DNA from: Candidatus Fimenecus sp.
GTDB lineage: Bacteria > Bacillota > Clostridia > Oscillospirales > Acutalibacteraceae
Length of the DNA: 51,441 nucleotides
Reading direction: 5' to 3'
Assembly: GCA_051881335.1 (NCBI GenBank)
Contig: JBJEPR010000139.1
Location: forward strand, 1-51,441
Below the pieces are notes generated by a model. It saw only the letters and a list, made by a program, of their open reading frames with translations, ran no database searches and was not told the DNA's origin. Below, in pieces: positions 8,968 through 18,722 of the stretch (its first letter is position 1; every line of letters starts with the position of its first letter). The translations under genes were made by a program, and so were the position numbers.

Positions 8968-9543
8968 TTATTCAGCAGGGGTTTCCTCTGCTGCAGGTGC
9001 TTCGGCTGCGGGAGCCTCTGCGGGTGCTGCTTCAGCGGCGGGAACTTCCTCCCCGCTCTTGTCAACAACCGCCTGAATTGCGCGCGCAAAAGCGGCAATC
9101 GGCGCGTTGAATGCGCTGAGCACGGTAGCAAGCAAGACTTCACGCGACGGAAGCTTTGCAAGACTTTGGAGCTTGTCAAGACCGATAACCTCGTTATCAA
9201 GGAAACCGCCCTTCAGATTGAAGCTGTCATTGCTGTCGGCGTATTTGCCGAGAATTCTCGCAGCGGCAACATAATCATCTGCGCTGGTTGCAACGGCAGT
9301 GGTGCCTTCCAAAACGCTGTCAAGCGCTGCAAGGTCCGTCCCTTCAATCGCCAAATGAATGAGGGTGTTTTTCGTAACGGTGTACTGCACGCCGGCTTCA
9401 CGAAGCTCTTTACGAAGCTTGGTGTCGTCTGCAACGGAGATACCCTTGTAATCCACGATAACACCTGCGCAAGCGCCTTCAAAGCGTGCTTTGAGGTCGG
9501 CAACCTGCTGTTTCTTCATTTCCAATACTTTCTCACTGGGCAA
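8968..9543 (-). CDS. rplJ: 50S ribosomal protein L10 with an Ala/Pro/Glu-rich C-terminal extension
   Basis: L10-like over its whole length. TTG start lies 7 nt after AGGAGGTG. The last ~25 aa are PAAEAAPAEAPAAEAPAAEETPAE. Confidence 0.95.
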   Translation of the reverse strand: MPSEKVLEMKKQQVADLKARFEGACAGVIVDYKGISVADDTKLRKELREAGVQYTVTKNTLIHLAIEGTDLAALDSVLEGTTAVATSADDYVAAARILGKYADSNDSFNLKGGFLDNEVIGLDKLQSLAKLPSREVLLATVLSAFNAPIAAFARAIQAVVDKSGEEVPAAEAAPAEAPAAEAPAAEETPAE

Positions 9544-9712
9544 ACGGATTCACCTCCTAAAAGAATTTTTTCGCTTGCTTTATGAGAATAGAAAGCGCCT
9601 TTTCCGTAAGACAGAAAAGGCGTGTAAAATCAATATTTCACAACTTTTCCTCGGCAGGCGGACTGTAAGTCCTTACGCAAAACGCACCTGCTGTCTTCGG
9701 CAAGCGGATATT
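9544..9712 (-). promoter_or_regulatory. L10-leader-like 5' UTR with an attenuator hairpin
   Basis: About 170-nt leader between an internal promoter and rplJ. It holds a GC-rich structured segment (CCGCUUGCCGAAGACAGCAGGUGCG...CCGCCUGCCGAGG). A CGCCUUUUC-loop-GAAAAGGCG hairpin followed by a U-rich tract comes next. Position and layout match the Firmicute L10 leader; this was not checked against a covariance model. Confidence 0.55.
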
Positions 9713-9741
9713 ATATTAACATTTCAAAGCAGAAATGTCAA
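9713..9741 (-). promoter_or_regulatory. Internal sigma-70-type promoter candidate for rplJL
   Basis: On the minus strand, TTGACA, a 17-nt spacer, then TAATAT. Confidence 0.5.
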
Positions 9742-9750
9742 TACCGTTTT

Positions 9751-10461
9751 TTACTCAGCCGCAACGGGTGCTGTGCCGAGCTTGTTGGCGTTTACCTTCA
9801 CGCCGGGGCCCATGGTGGTCGCAACCACGCAGGACTTGATGTACTGCCCTTTCATGGCGGCGGGTTTCGCCTTCACGATGGCGTCCATCAAGGTGTTGAA
9901 GTTTTCAGCCAGCTTTTCGGGACCGAACGAAACCTTGCCGATGGGGCAGTGAATGATGTTGGTTTTGTCCAGTCTGTACTCAATCTTACCGGCTTTTGCT
10001 TCGGTAACGGCTTTCGCCACATCGGGGGTAACCGTACCGGCTTTCGGCGAGGGCATCAAGCCGCGCGGGCCGAGCACTTTACCGAGACGGCCGACCAAGC
10101 CCATCATATTGGGGGCTGCAATGCAGACATCAAAGTCCATCATACCGCCCTGCACCTGTGCAACGAGATCTTCCGCACCGACGATTTCCGCACCGGCTGC
10201 TGCCGCTGCGTCCGCGTCCGCACCCTTTGCGAATACGGCAACGCGCACCTGTTTGCCTGTGCCGTTCGGCAGGACAACCGCGCCGCGAACCTGTTGGTCG
10301 GCGTGACGGGAGTCAACGCCCAAACGGACATGGATTTCAACGGTTTCGTCAAACTTCGCCGTTGCTGTTTTTACTGTCAGCGCAAGCGCTTCATCGGTAT
10401 CGTACAGCTTGGTTCTGTCGACGAGTTTTGCGCTTTCCGCATATTTTTTACCGTGTTTCAT
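9751..10461 (-). CDS. rplA: 50S ribosomal protein L1
   Basis: MKHGKKY start and L1 signatures throughout (FDETVE.H..LG.D.R..DQ.VRG, MPSPK.GTVT.DV). Confidence 0.97.
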   Translation of the reverse strand: MKHGKKYAESAKLVDRTKLYDTDEALALTVKTATAKFDETVEIHVRLGVDSRHADQQVRGAVVLPNGTGKQVRVAVFAKGADADAAAAAGAEIVGAEDLVAQVQGGMMDFDVCIAAPNMMGLVGRLGKVLGPRGLMPSPKAGTVTPDVAKAVTEAKAGKIEYRLDKTNIIHCPIGKVSFGPEKLAENFNTLMDAIVKAKPAAMKGQYIKSCVVATTMGPGVKVNANKLGTAPVAAE

Positions 10462-10520
10462 AACTACGAATTTCCTCCTATAAAGTGGTTAAATCGGATG
10501 TTTCCTCCCACAAAGGAGCA

Positions 10521-10946
10521 TCAGTCTTCGACCGTAACGCCCATGGAACGCGCAGTTCCGGCGATCATGCTCATTGCGGATTCCACGCTCGAAGCGTTCA
10601 AATCGGGCATTTTTGTTTCCGCGATTTTACGAATCTGCTCGCTCGTGATTTTTGCGACCTTCGTCTTGTTCGGAACACCCGAACCGCTCTCGATACCGCA
10701 AGCCTTTTTAATAAGCACAGCTGCGGGCGGAGTCTTCGTTACGAATGTGAAAGAACGGTCTGCATAAACCGTGATAACGACGGGGATAATCATACCCATA
10801 TCGTTTTTGGTGCGTTCATTGAATTCCTTTGTGAACGCCATGATGTTAACGCCGTGCTGACCGAGTGCCGGACCAACGGGCGGTGCCGGTGTTGCTTTGC
10901 CGGCGGGGATTTGCAGCTTAATAAAGCCTACAACCTTTTGAGCCAT
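10521..10946 (-). CDS. rplK: 50S ribosomal protein L11
   Basis: [36 protein letters not shown]. The ATG at 10946 gives 141 aa; the upstream extension in the track is not L11-like. Confidence 0.97.
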   Translation of the reverse strand: MAQKVVGFIKLQIPAGKATPAPPVGPALGQHGVNIMAFTKEFNERTKNDMGMIIPVVITVYADRSFTFVTKTPPAAVLIKKACGIESGSGVPNKTKVAKITSEQIRKIAETKMPDLNASSVESAMSMIAGTARSMGVTVED

Positions 10947-11061
10947 TTGTTTGCACCTCCAAAATTCGTGGTAGTGGCGGAACAGTTGACTTCGACTGCC
11001 CCTCCCACGGCGCGTGTCGCCACACGCCATAAAAAGCGGATTTTCCGCTGATTACCAAAAC

Positions 11062-11622
11062 TTATTCTTTGACCGTTTCCACCTGGTCAAGCTCCAAATC
11101 GACGGGCGTTTCTTTGCCGAACATCGAAATGATGACGCGGACGGAATTTTGGTCAGTGTCAATATCATCCACCACGCCGATGACGCCTTCAAACGCGCCG
11201 TCGATGATGGTGACCATATCGCCTTTTTCGTAATTGACCTCAACCACGCGTTTTTCAACGCCCAATTTGAGGATTTCCTCGTCCGTCAAGGGAACGGGCT
11301 TGCTTTCGGGGCCGACAAAGCCGGTTACGCCGCGCGTATTGCGCACCACATACCAAGCGTCGTCGGTCATTTTGACCTCGTCCGTGTCCTCATTTTCAAA
11401 GACTGCGAACTTTACAAGCACATACCCGGGGAAAATTTTGCGTTCCACCTCTTTTTTGGTGCCGTCCTCCCGAATTTCGGTGACGGTTTCGGTGGGCACG
11501 CTGACCTCGAGGATTTGGTCATGCATTTTCCGATTTTCCACAACGGTTTCGATATTTGCGGCAACCTTGTTTTCATAACCGGAATAGGTATGCACAACAT
11601 ACCATTTTGCATTTTCTGCCAT
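11062..11622 (-). CDS. nusG: Transcription termination/antitermination factor NusG
   Basis: KWYVVHTYSGYENKV N-terminus (NGN domain), C-terminal KOW segment (GD.V.I.DG.F.G..G.V), and conserved secE-nusG-rplK order. Confidence 0.95.
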   Translation of the reverse strand: MAENAKWYVVHTYSGYENKVAANIETVVENRKMHDQILEVSVPTETVTEIREDGTKKEVERKIFPGYVLVKFAVFENEDTDEVKMTDDAWYVVRNTRGVTGFVGPESKPVPLTDEEILKLGVEKRVVEVNYEKGDMVTIIDGAFEGVIGVVDDIDTDQNSVRVIISMFGKETPVDLELDQVETVKE

Positions 11623-11635
11623 AGAACGCCCTCCG

Positions 11636-12046
11636 TTACATACCGAACAGACCGGATATCATTCTGCCTGCTTCGGTAACTGCGGCTTCGGTTTCTCTTT
11701 CACTGCCGACCTTTTCGGCAAGATTGATAAGCGCCTTTACGCCTTCGGAAAGACCTGTATCCACAAGCCAAAGGATAACGGCAAGAATGGCAACGACCAC
11801 TAAAACGACTGCGGTGCTTTTGAGCACGGTTTTACGGTCCGGCCATACGATTTTCTTGCATTCGCCCTTTTCGTCCTTAAAGAACTTGGCAATCGCTCTG
11901 CCCATACGGACGAAAATGTTGGGCTTTTTCTCCTTTGCATCTTTCGATGAACCGTTCTTTTTCGCCGCGGTATCTTTCTTTGCTTTTTCAGCCTTCGGTT
12001 TCGACTTTGAGGTTTCGGCAGCTTCTTTTTTGATTTCGTCAGCCAT
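11636..12046 (-). CDS. secE: Preprotein translocase subunit SecE with a Lys-rich N-terminal extension
   Basis: Single TM helix preceded by the KFFKD.K.E.KK..WP motif. Position between rpmG and nusG. ATG at 12046 follows GGAGGAG. Confidence 0.8.
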   Translation of the reverse strand: MADEIKKEAAETSKSKPKAEKAKKDTAAKKNGSSKDAKEKKPNIFVRMGRAIAKFFKDEKGECKKIVWPDRKTVLKSTAVVLVVVAILAVILWLVDTGLSEGVKALINLAEKVGSERETEAAVTEAGRMISGLFGM

Positions 12047-12060
12047 AATACTCCTCCGTC

Positions 12061-12210
12061 TTATTTGGTTTCTCTGTGGAGCGTATGTTTCTTGCAGAAT
12101 CTGCAATACTTATTCATCTCCAACCGGTCAGGCGTGTTTTTCTTGTTTTTCTTCGTGTTGTAGTTGCGTTGCTTGCATTCCGTGCAAGCGAGTGTGATTT
12201 TGACTCTCAT
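12061..12210 (-). CDS. rpmG: 50S ribosomal protein L33
   Basis: Not in the ORF track (49 aa). My translation is [49 protein letters not shown], with the CxxC...CxxC zinc ribbon. GGAGGTG RBS upstream. Confidence 0.9.
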   Translation of the reverse strand: MRVKITLACTECKQRNYNTKKNKKNTPDRLEMNKYCRFCKKHTLHRETK

Positions 12211-12475
12211 TTCGGCACCTCCGTTATTCGCGGTTCACACCGCTTCTCTTAGCCTACCTCAAAAAGCAGGGTACAAAAAAAGAACCCTCTTAGAGAGGTA
12301 CAAGTACTATACCACACTAAGGGCTGTTCGTCAAGCATTTTTTTCGTTTTTTTATTGGTTTGTTAAAAGCAACCGTCACCGCTTTTATAATGGTATAAAT
12401 AAATTTAATTTAGCGTAGGGGTCGGCGTCCTCGACGACCCGTTATAGGGGCAGGGGCTTATATGCCCGCCCGTTT

Positions 12476-12562
12476 GTCATTCTGAGCCGTTAGGCGAAGA
12501 ATCTCGTTTTGCACATTCTATATTTTATGCTGTTTGAGATTCTTCACTTCGTTCAGAATGAC
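12476..12562 (+). repeat. 87-nt palindromic intergenic element, copy B
   Basis: GTCATTCTGAGCCGTTAGGCGAAGAATCTC ... GAGATTCTTCACTTCGTTCAGAATGAC. The left arm is identical to copy A. It is preceded by the GC-rich hairpin GGGTCGGCGTCCTCGACGACCC. Confidence 0.8.
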
Positions 12563-12619
12563 CAATTTAAATATATTATTCCTCCTTTTTTTCTTTCGTT
12601 GCTTCCACCTGTTTTTATA

Positions 12620-12648
12620 TTGACTTTGCCCGGATTGTATGTTAAAAT
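12620..12648 (+). promoter_or_regulatory. Sigma-70-type promoter candidate for the cation-exchanger gene
   Basis: TTGACT, a 17-nt spacer, then TAAAAT, about 50 nt upstream of the ATG at 12697. Confidence 0.5.
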
Positions 12649-12696
12649 TTATTAAATTTGTGCGTATGCGCTATCAATAAAAAGGGGAATTGCAGA

Positions 12697-13719
12697 ATGG
12701 AAATATCCGCTTCTCTTGCCGGTCTTTTGGGGCTGGCACCCGACAATATCATCTATGTTGTGATTATGTTCGTGCTTGGGCTGTTTCTCATTGTCAAGGG
12801 CGGGGATATTTTTGTGGACGCCGCCACTTGGATTGCGGAAGCCACGGGCATTCCGAAGTTCATTATCGGCGCAACGGTTGTCAGCTTTGCGACCACGCTC
12901 CCCGAATTGCTTGTTTCCGCCATTGCCGCCGCAAAGGGGCAAAATGATATGGCGGTCGGCAATGCTGTCGGCTCGGTCACGGCAAATGTCGGGTTGATTA
13001 TGAGTATTTCCGTTTTGTGTATGCCTGCGATCGTCAAGCGTAAGGAGATTGCGTTTAAAGGCTCTTTGATGATTTTGGCGGTTGCGGCGCTGTTCGCATT
13101 TTCCTGCAATCTTGATTTGAATTTGTGGCAAAGCATTATTATGATTGCGATTTTCGCCGTATTTATGGTGGAAAATATTATGTCCGGCAAAAAGTCCATA
13201 GGCATCACCGAGGAGGACCGCGGCCCTAAAGCCACGGGCAAGGATATTTTTATCAATGTTACAAAATTTATACTCGGTGCGGCGGGTATTGTTGTCGGAG
13301 CGGATTTGTTGGTGGACGACGGCACAATTATTGCCCAGCGCGTCGGTGTTTCGGAAGCAATTATCGGCGTAACGATTATCGCCGTCGGCACTTCGCTCCC
13401 CGAATTGGTCACCACCATTACCGCAATCGTCAAAAAACAGTCCGATTTGTCTATCGGCAACATTATCGGCGCAAACATCATCGACCTGACTATGATTTTA
13501 CCGATATGCGCATTCCTGTCGGGCGGCGCGCTCCCCGTCGGGAAACAATCGGCGTACCTCGATATGCCGATTTGCTTGTTGGTCATTTGCATTGCAATTA
13601 TTCCCACGCTGATTTTCAAAAAACTCAGCCGTTGGCAGGGCGCGTTGATGGTTTGCATTTATATCGGGTATATCGCCGTATTGGTTACAAATTCCTCTTT
13701 TGGATATTTACCTTTTTAG
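12697..13719 (+). CDS. Sodium/calcium exchanger family (CaCA, YrbG-like) membrane protein
   Basis: Two alpha-repeat signatures (GATVVSFATTLPEL and GVTIIAVGTSLPEL) in a polytopic membrane protein. Confidence 0.9.
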   Translation: MEISASLAGLLGLAPDNIIYVVIMFVLGLFLIVKGGDIFVDAATWIAEATGIPKFIIGATVVSFATTLPELLVSAIAAAKGQNDMAVGNAVGSVTANVGLIMSISVLCMPAIVKRKEIAFKGSLMILAVAALFAFSCNLDLNLWQSIIMIAIFAVFMVENIMSGKKSIGITEEDRGPKATGKDIFINVTKFILGAAGIVVGADLLVDDGTIIAQRVGVSEAIIGVTIIAVGTSLPELVTTITAIVKKQSDLSIGNIIGANIIDLTMILPICAFLSGGALPVGKQSAYLDMPICLLVICIAIIPTLIFKKLSRWQGALMVCIYIGYIAVLVTNSSFGYLPF

Positions 13720-13727
13720 ACTGTTTA

Positions 13728-13758
13728 AAGCGACGGTTTTTACCGTCGCTTTTCTTTT
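13728..13758 (+). terminator. Rho-independent terminator
   Basis: AAGCGACGG-tttta-CCGTCGCTT followed by TTCTTTT. Confidence 0.7.
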
Positions 13759-13789
13759 AAATTCGGCAATTATTTTCAGGGGATTTCAG

Positions 13790-13818
13790 TTGAAATCCAC
13801 AGTGTAATATGATAAAAT
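13790..13818 (+). promoter_or_regulatory. Sigma-70-type promoter candidate for carAB
   Basis: TTGAAA, a 17-nt spacer, then TAAAAT, about 40 nt upstream of carA. Confidence 0.5.
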
Positions 13819-13860
13819 TTATTGATAATATTCAGGGCTACGAAAGGCACGGTGTAAAAT

Positions 13861-14943
13861 TTGAAAGCGTATTTGATGTTGGAGGACGGTTCTGTCTACA
13901 CGGGGACCGCGCACGGAGATTTTAAAGAAACCGCCTGCGAGATTGTGTTCAACACCTCCATGACGGGCTATGTGGAGATTTTAACCGACCCGTCTTATGC
14001 CGGACAGGGTGTGGTAATGACCTATCCGATGATTGGCAATTACGGGGTAAGCCGTGTGGATTTTGAAAGTGAAAAATTACAGCCGAGCGCGTTTATTGTC
14101 CACGAGCTGTGCGACACGCCCTCGAACTTCCGCTGTGACGGTACAATCGACGACCTTCTGCACGAATATCATATTCCCTGCCTTTCGGGGATTGACACAC
14201 GCGCGGTGGTCAAAAAGTTACGCGAAAGCGGCACGATGCGCGGCGTGCTGACGGCAGATATTTCCGACAAAGAACGGCTGATGACCGTGATCAAAGCCTT
14301 CAAGCAGGACAAGCTGGTGGAAAGCGTCACCTTGCGCGAAAAAATCGTTTTGGGCGAAAACAACAGCGGTGCGAAAATTGCGCTGATGGATTTCGGTACA
14401 AAGCGCAACATTGCCAACAGTCTTGTAAAGCGCGGGTGCGTGGTCACACAGTACCCCGCGTGGACAACGGCAGAGGAAATCATCAAAGCCGCACCCGACG
14501 GCATTATGCTGTCGAACGGCCCGGGCGACCCGGCGGACTGCGTGGGCATCATCAAAGAAATCAAAAAACTGTACGATTACGGCATTCCGACCTTCGCCAT
14601 TTGTTTGGGGCATCAGTTAATGGCGCTCGCAAACGGCGGCGAAACCGAGCGTATGAAATACGGCCATCGCGGCGCAAACCACCCTGTCAAATTCCTGCAC
14701 GAGGACAGAACCTATCTCTCCTCACAAAATCACGGCTATATGGTCAACGGCAAGGGGCTGCCGAGCAACGCCGAAATCAACTGCATCAATGTCAACGACA
14801 AAACCGTTGAGGGTATTGTGTATCACGGCAAGCCCGTTTTCACGGTACAGTTCCACCCCGAGGCGAATGCCGGCCCGCGGGATACCTCGTTCTTATTCGA
14901 CAAATTCATTAAAATGGCGGCGGAGGGCAGATACGATGATTGA
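13861..14943 (+). CDS. carA: Carbamoyl-phosphate synthase small (glutaminase) subunit
   Basis: TTG start. CPSase small-chain N-domain plus class-I GATase motifs (ICLGHQ, HGYM, QFHPEA). Confidence 0.95.
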   Translation: MKAYLMLEDGSVYTGTAHGDFKETACEIVFNTSMTGYVEILTDPSYAGQGVVMTYPMIGNYGVSRVDFESEKLQPSAFIVHELCDTPSNFRCDGTIDDLLHEYHIPCLSGIDTRAVVKKLRESGTMRGVLTADISDKERLMTVIKAFKQDKLVESVTLREKIVLGENNSGAKIALMDFGTKRNIANSLVKRGCVVTQYPAWTTAEEIIKAAPDGIMLSNGPGDPADCVGIIKEIKKLYDYGIPTFAICLGHQLMALANGGETERMKYGHRGANHPVKFLHEDRTYLSSQNHGYMVNGKGLPSNAEINCINVNDKTVEGIVYHGKPVFTVQFHPEANAGPRDTSFLFDKFIKMAAEGRYDD

Positions 14944-17900
14944 TAAAAGCATCAAAAAGGTTATGGTTATCGGCTCGGGCCCCATTATCATCGGGCAGGC
15001 GGCGGAATTTGACTATGCAGGCACACAGGCTTGCCGTTCTTTGAAAGAAGAGGGCATTGAAGTGGTGCTCGTCAACTCCAACCCCGCCACGATTATGACC
15101 GACGGCGACATTGCCGACAAGGTTTATATTGAGCCTTTGACCATTCCGACCTTAACCAAAATCATTGAAAAAGAAAAACCCGACTCCATTTTGCCCACCC
15201 TCGGCGGGCAAACGGGGTTAAACCTTGCAATGGAGCTCGACGAGCTCGGTGTGTTAAAGGCGAACGGTGTGCGCTTAATCGGCATCAACGCCTCTGCCAT
15301 TAAAAAGGCGGAGGACCGCCAGGAATTTAAGGACACGATGGAAAAAATCGGCGAGCCGTGCATTGAGTCTTTGGTGGTACACGATGTCGAGTCAGCTGTG
15401 GAATTTTCCGCAAAAATCGGCTACCCCGTCATTGTGCGCCCCGCTTACACCTTGGGCGGCACGGGCGGCGGCATTGCCGACGATGAACAGGAACTGCGCG
15501 AAATCTGTGCCAACGGCTTGCGCCTTTCGCGCGTGACCGAGGTTTTGATTGAAAAATGCATTGCAGGCTGGAAAGAAATCGAATACGAAGTGATGCGCGA
15601 CTCCAAAGGCAACTGCATCACGGTCTGCAATATGGAAAACTTCGACCCCGTCGGCGTGCACACGGGCGACTCTATCGTTGTAGCACCCAGCCAAACGCTG
15701 ATGGATAAGGAATACCAAATGCTGCGCTCGTCCGCGCTCAATATCATTACGGAATTGGGCATTGAGGGCGGTTGCAATGTGCAGTTCGCACTGCACCCCG
15801 ACTCGTTCCAATACGCGGTTATCGAAGTAAACCCCCGCGTGTCGCGTTCGTCGGCGCTCGCTTCAAAAGCGACGGGTTACCCGATTGCCCGCGTCGCGGC
15901 AAAAATTGCGTTGGGATTAGGTCTGGACGAAATCCCCAACGCCGTCACGGGAAAAACCTTTGCCTCGTTTGAGCCGGCACTCGACTATTGCGTGGTGAAA
16001 TTCCCGAAATGGCCGTTTGACAAATTTGTCACCGCCAAACGCACCCTCGGCACACAAATGAAAGCCACGGGCGAAGTGATGGCGGTTGCACGATCGTTTG
16101 AAGCGGCACTGCAAAAGGCAATGCATTCACTCGAAGAAAACCGCAAAAGCCTGTTGTATGACGATTTGATTGCGAAATCCAATACAGAATTGGAAGCACT
16201 TTTGCAAAATGTGGACAACACGCGCATTTATGTGGTTGCCGCGGCGATTTACAACGATATGCCGCTTGAAAAAATCCACGACATCACCAAGATTGACATT
16301 TGGTTTTTGCAGAAAATCAAAGTGATTGTCGATATGGAAAAACTGCTCGCGACAGGTTGCTGTGACCGCGATACGCTTTTAGAAGCAAAGCGTTTGGGCT
16401 TTACCGACGATGTGATTGCGAAAAATGTCGGCGTGACCGAAGCCTCGATTAAAAACTTACGCAAAATGTGGAAAATTCAGCCGAGTTTTTCGGTGGTGGA
16501 TACCTGCGCGGCAGAATTTGCGGCGCAAACGCCCTACTATTACTCGGATTACTGTATTGAAAACGAAGTGGACACCACCAAAACCAAAAAGAAAATTATG
16601 GTTTTGGGCTCAGGGCCTATCCGCATCGGGCAAGGCATTGAATTTGACTACTGCTCGGTGCACTCGGTTTGGGCGCTCAAAAAAGCGGGCTGTGAGGCGA
16701 TTATCGTCAACAACAACCCTGAAACCGTTTCCACGGACTTTGATATTTCGGACAAGCTGTATTTCGAGCCGCTGACGCCCGAATATGTTACGAATATTGT
16801 GGAAATGGAAAACCCTGACGGCGCAATCGTGCAATTCGGCGGGCAGACCGCGATTAAACTTACAAAAACACTCAACGATTTGGGCGTGACCATTCTCGGC
16901 ACGGACGCCGACCATGTGGACGCCGCAGAGGACAGAGAACGCTTTGACGAAATTCTCGAATACTGCGACATCGCGCGCCCGAAAGGGCAAACGGTCTTTA
17001 CGACAAACGAAGCGCTCGCCGCGGCGCACAGCCTCGGCTACCCCGTTTTGGTGCGTCCGAGTTATGTTTTGGGCGGGCAAGGCATGCAGATTGCCGCAAA
17101 CGATGAAGACATCACCGAATTTATGGATATCATTACCCGCACCATTCCCGACCTCTCCGAACACCCCGTTTTGGTCGACAAATACTTAATGGGGCAAGAG
17201 GTGGAAGTGGACGCGATTTGCGACGGCAGGGATATTCTAATCCCCGGCATTATGGAGCATGTGGACCGCGCGGGCATTCACTCGGGCGACTCGATTTCCG
17301 TGTATCCGGCGGTAACACTGTCCCCAAAGGTGCAAAAAACCATTGTCGATTACACCAAACGCTTGGCGTCGGCACTGCATGTTATCGGTATGATGAACAT
17401 TCAGTTCATCGTGTTGCACGAAGAGGTTTACATTATCGAGGTAAATCCGCGTTCGTCGCGCACTGTGCCCTACATCAGCAAGGTGACGGGCATTCCCGCC
17501 ATTTCGCTTGCCACGCGCGCGATGCTCGGTGAAAAAATCGCGGATATGGGCTACGGCACGGGGCTTTACAAAAACAGCGGCTATTACGCCATTAAACTGC
17601 CCGTGTTCTCGTTCGAAAAGATTATCGGCGCAGACACCTCCTTGGGTCCTGAAATGAAATCCACGGGCGAAGTGCTCGGCATTTCGCAAGATTACAACGA
17701 GGCGCTCTTAAAAGCGTTTGACGGCGGCGGCGTCTCTTTACCGAAAGACGGCAAGATCATTGTCACCGTGCGCGATAAGGACAAGGCGGAAATTTGCGAA
17801 ATGCTCAAAGAATTTAAAGATTCCGACTTTAAATTCTACGCCACACCCGGTACGCGTAAAGCGCTTCTTGCGGCAGGTATCAACGCGAAACCCGTCAACA

Positions 17901-18151
17901 AGATTTCCGGCGAAAGCCCGAATATTCTCGATATGCTGAATGCAGGCGATGTGTCGCTGATTATCAACACCCCGACACACGGCAGAATTCCCGACCGCGA
18001 CGGCTTTAAACTGCGCCGCATTGCCGTGGAAAGCGGCACTTCGTGCTTAACCTCGTTAGATGCGGCAAAGGCACTGATGCAAAGCACCTTTATTGTGCCG
18101 AGCGACAAAATGTCATTAACTGATATTGCCACCTTGCAGGTGAAAAAGTAA
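14936..18151 (+). CDS. carB: Carbamoyl-phosphate synthase large subunit
   Basis: 1071 aa from the ATG at 14936, which overlaps the carA stop by 8 nt. Two ATP-grasp halves each begin with V.GSGP..IGQ..EFDY, and there is a C-terminal MGS-like domain. The 49-aa upstream extension in the track is out of character. Confidence 0.97.
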   Translation: MIDKSIKKVMVIGSGPIIIGQAAEFDYAGTQACRSLKEEGIEVVLVNSNPATIMTDGDIADKVYIEPLTIPTLTKIIEKEKPDSILPTLGGQTGLNLAMELDELGVLKANGVRLIGINASAIKKAEDRQEFKDTMEKIGEPCIESLVVHDVESAVEFSAKIGYPVIVRPAYTLGGTGGGIADDEQELREICANGLRLSRVTEVLIEKCIAGWKEIEYEVMRDSKGNCITVCNMENFDPVGVHTGDSIVVAPSQTLMDKEYQMLRSSALNIITELGIEGGCNVQFALHPDSFQYAVIEVNPRVSRSSALASKATGYPIARVAAKIALGLGLDEIPNAVTGKTFASFEPALDYCVVKFPKWPFDKFVTAKRTLGTQMKATGEVMAVARSFEAALQKAMHSLEENRKSLLYDDLIAKSNTELEALLQNVDNTRIYVVAAAIYNDMPLEKIHDITKIDIWFLQKIKVIVDMEKLLATGCCDRDTLLEAKRLGFTDDVIAKNVGVTEASIKNLRKMWKIQPSFSVVDTCAAEFAAQTPYYYSDYCIENEVDTTKTKKKIMVLGSGPIRIGQGIEFDYCSVHSVWALKKAGCEAIIVNNNPETVSTDFDISDKLYFEPLTPEYVTNIVEMENPDGAIVQFGGQTAIKLTKTLNDLGVTILGTDADHVDAAEDRERFDEILEYCDIARPKGQTVFTTNEALAAAHSLGYPVLVRPSYVLGGQGMQIAANDEDITEFMDIITRTIPDLSEHPVLVDKYLMGQEVEVDAICDGRDILIPGIMEHVDRAGIHSGDSISVYPAVTLSPKVQKTIVDYTKRLASALHVIGMMNIQFIVLHEEVYIIEVNPRSSRTVPYISKVTGIPAISLATRAMLGEKIADMGYGTGLYKNSGYYAIKLPVFSFEKIIGADTSLGPEMKSTGEVLGISQDYNEALLKAFDGGGVSLPKDGKIIVTVRDKDKAEICEMLKEFKDSDFKFYATPGTRKALLAAGINAKPVNKISGESPNILDMLNAGDVSLIINTPTHGRIPDRDGFKLRRIAVESGTSCLTSLDAAKALMQSTFIVPSDKMSLTDIATLQVKK

Positions 18152-18178
18152 ACGGATAAATCCGCATAAACAGAGCAA

Positions 18179-18209
18179 CACCCCGCAAAATTCCTGCGGG
18201 GTGTTTTTT
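18179..18209. terminator. Rho-independent terminator between convergent carB and rlmH
   Basis: CACCCCGCA-aaattcc-TGCGGGGTG followed by TTTTTT. Confidence 0.8.
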
Positions 18210-18233
18210 ACGATTTTGTTAGTTAAAAATTAT

Positions 18234-18722
18234 CTATTTATGATATTTCCCGCCATTGGCAATTTGAAATGCGCGGTACAGTTGTTCCAATAGCATCACC
18301 CGCGCCATTTGGTGCGGAAAGGTCATTGCAGACATGGAAAACCGAAAATCAGACTGTTTTTTGAGTTCGGCCGCCAGCCCGAACGAACTGCCGAGCACGA
18401 ATACAAGATTACTGACGCCGTCTACGGCAAGGGTAGATATTTTTTGACTAAACTGTTCGCTGGTCATCTGTTTACCCTCAATGCACATCGAAAACACATA
18501 GGCATTTTGCGGGATTTTCGCAAGGATAAGTTTTGCCTCCGCCGCAAGAGCTCGGTCAATTTCGCTTTGTGACGGATTTTCGGGCAAGCGTTCGGGCGAA
18601 AGTTCTACAATTTGCAGTTTGCAAAACGCGCAAAGCCGCTTTTCATACTCGGCGGCAAACTCGCGCATATAGCGTTCTTTCAGCTTCCCGAGGGCAATCA
18701 CCGTCACCGTAATCACAGCCAC
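18234..18722 (-). CDS. rlmH: 23S rRNA (pseudouridine1915-N3)-methyltransferase RlmH (SPOUT)
   Basis: About 160-aa ORF with IALGKLKE...EY.KRL at the N-terminus and the C-terminal LS.MTF.HQ.AR..L.EQ.YRA motif. Confidence 0.9.
   Translation of the reverse strand: MAVITVTVIALGKLKERYMREFAAEYEKRLCAFCKLQIVELSPERLPENPSQSEIDRALAAEAKLILAKIPQNAYVFSMCIEGKQMTSEQFSQKISTLAVDGVSNLVFVLGSSFGLAAELKKQSDFRFSMSAMTFPHQMARVMLLEQLYRAFQIANGGKYHK

Noticed and set aside
9949-10767. 272-aa plus-strand ORF across rplA and rplK. Similar shadow ORFs occur at 8558-9076, 11014-11679 and 40066-40932.
   Set aside because: They are antisense to ribosomal-protein, nusG and thiI genes that are unambiguous.
12753-13658. 301-aa minus-strand ORF opposite the CaCA exchanger.
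   Set aside because: The plus-strand frame carries the duplicated alpha-repeat signatures, and the antisense frame has no recognisable features.
13819-13860. Possible ARG box or PyrR-binding site in the carA leader (TTGATAATATTCAG).
   Set aside because: The half-site spacing does not fit the 18-bp ARG-box consensus, and no PyrR-type anti-antiterminator motif is visible. This was not supportable by eye.
14789-14935. 49-codon N-terminal extension of the carB ORF in the track.
   Set aside because: It lies inside carA in another frame. The canonical CarB N-terminus (KKVMVIGSGPIIIGQAAEFDY) begins shortly after the ATG at 14936.
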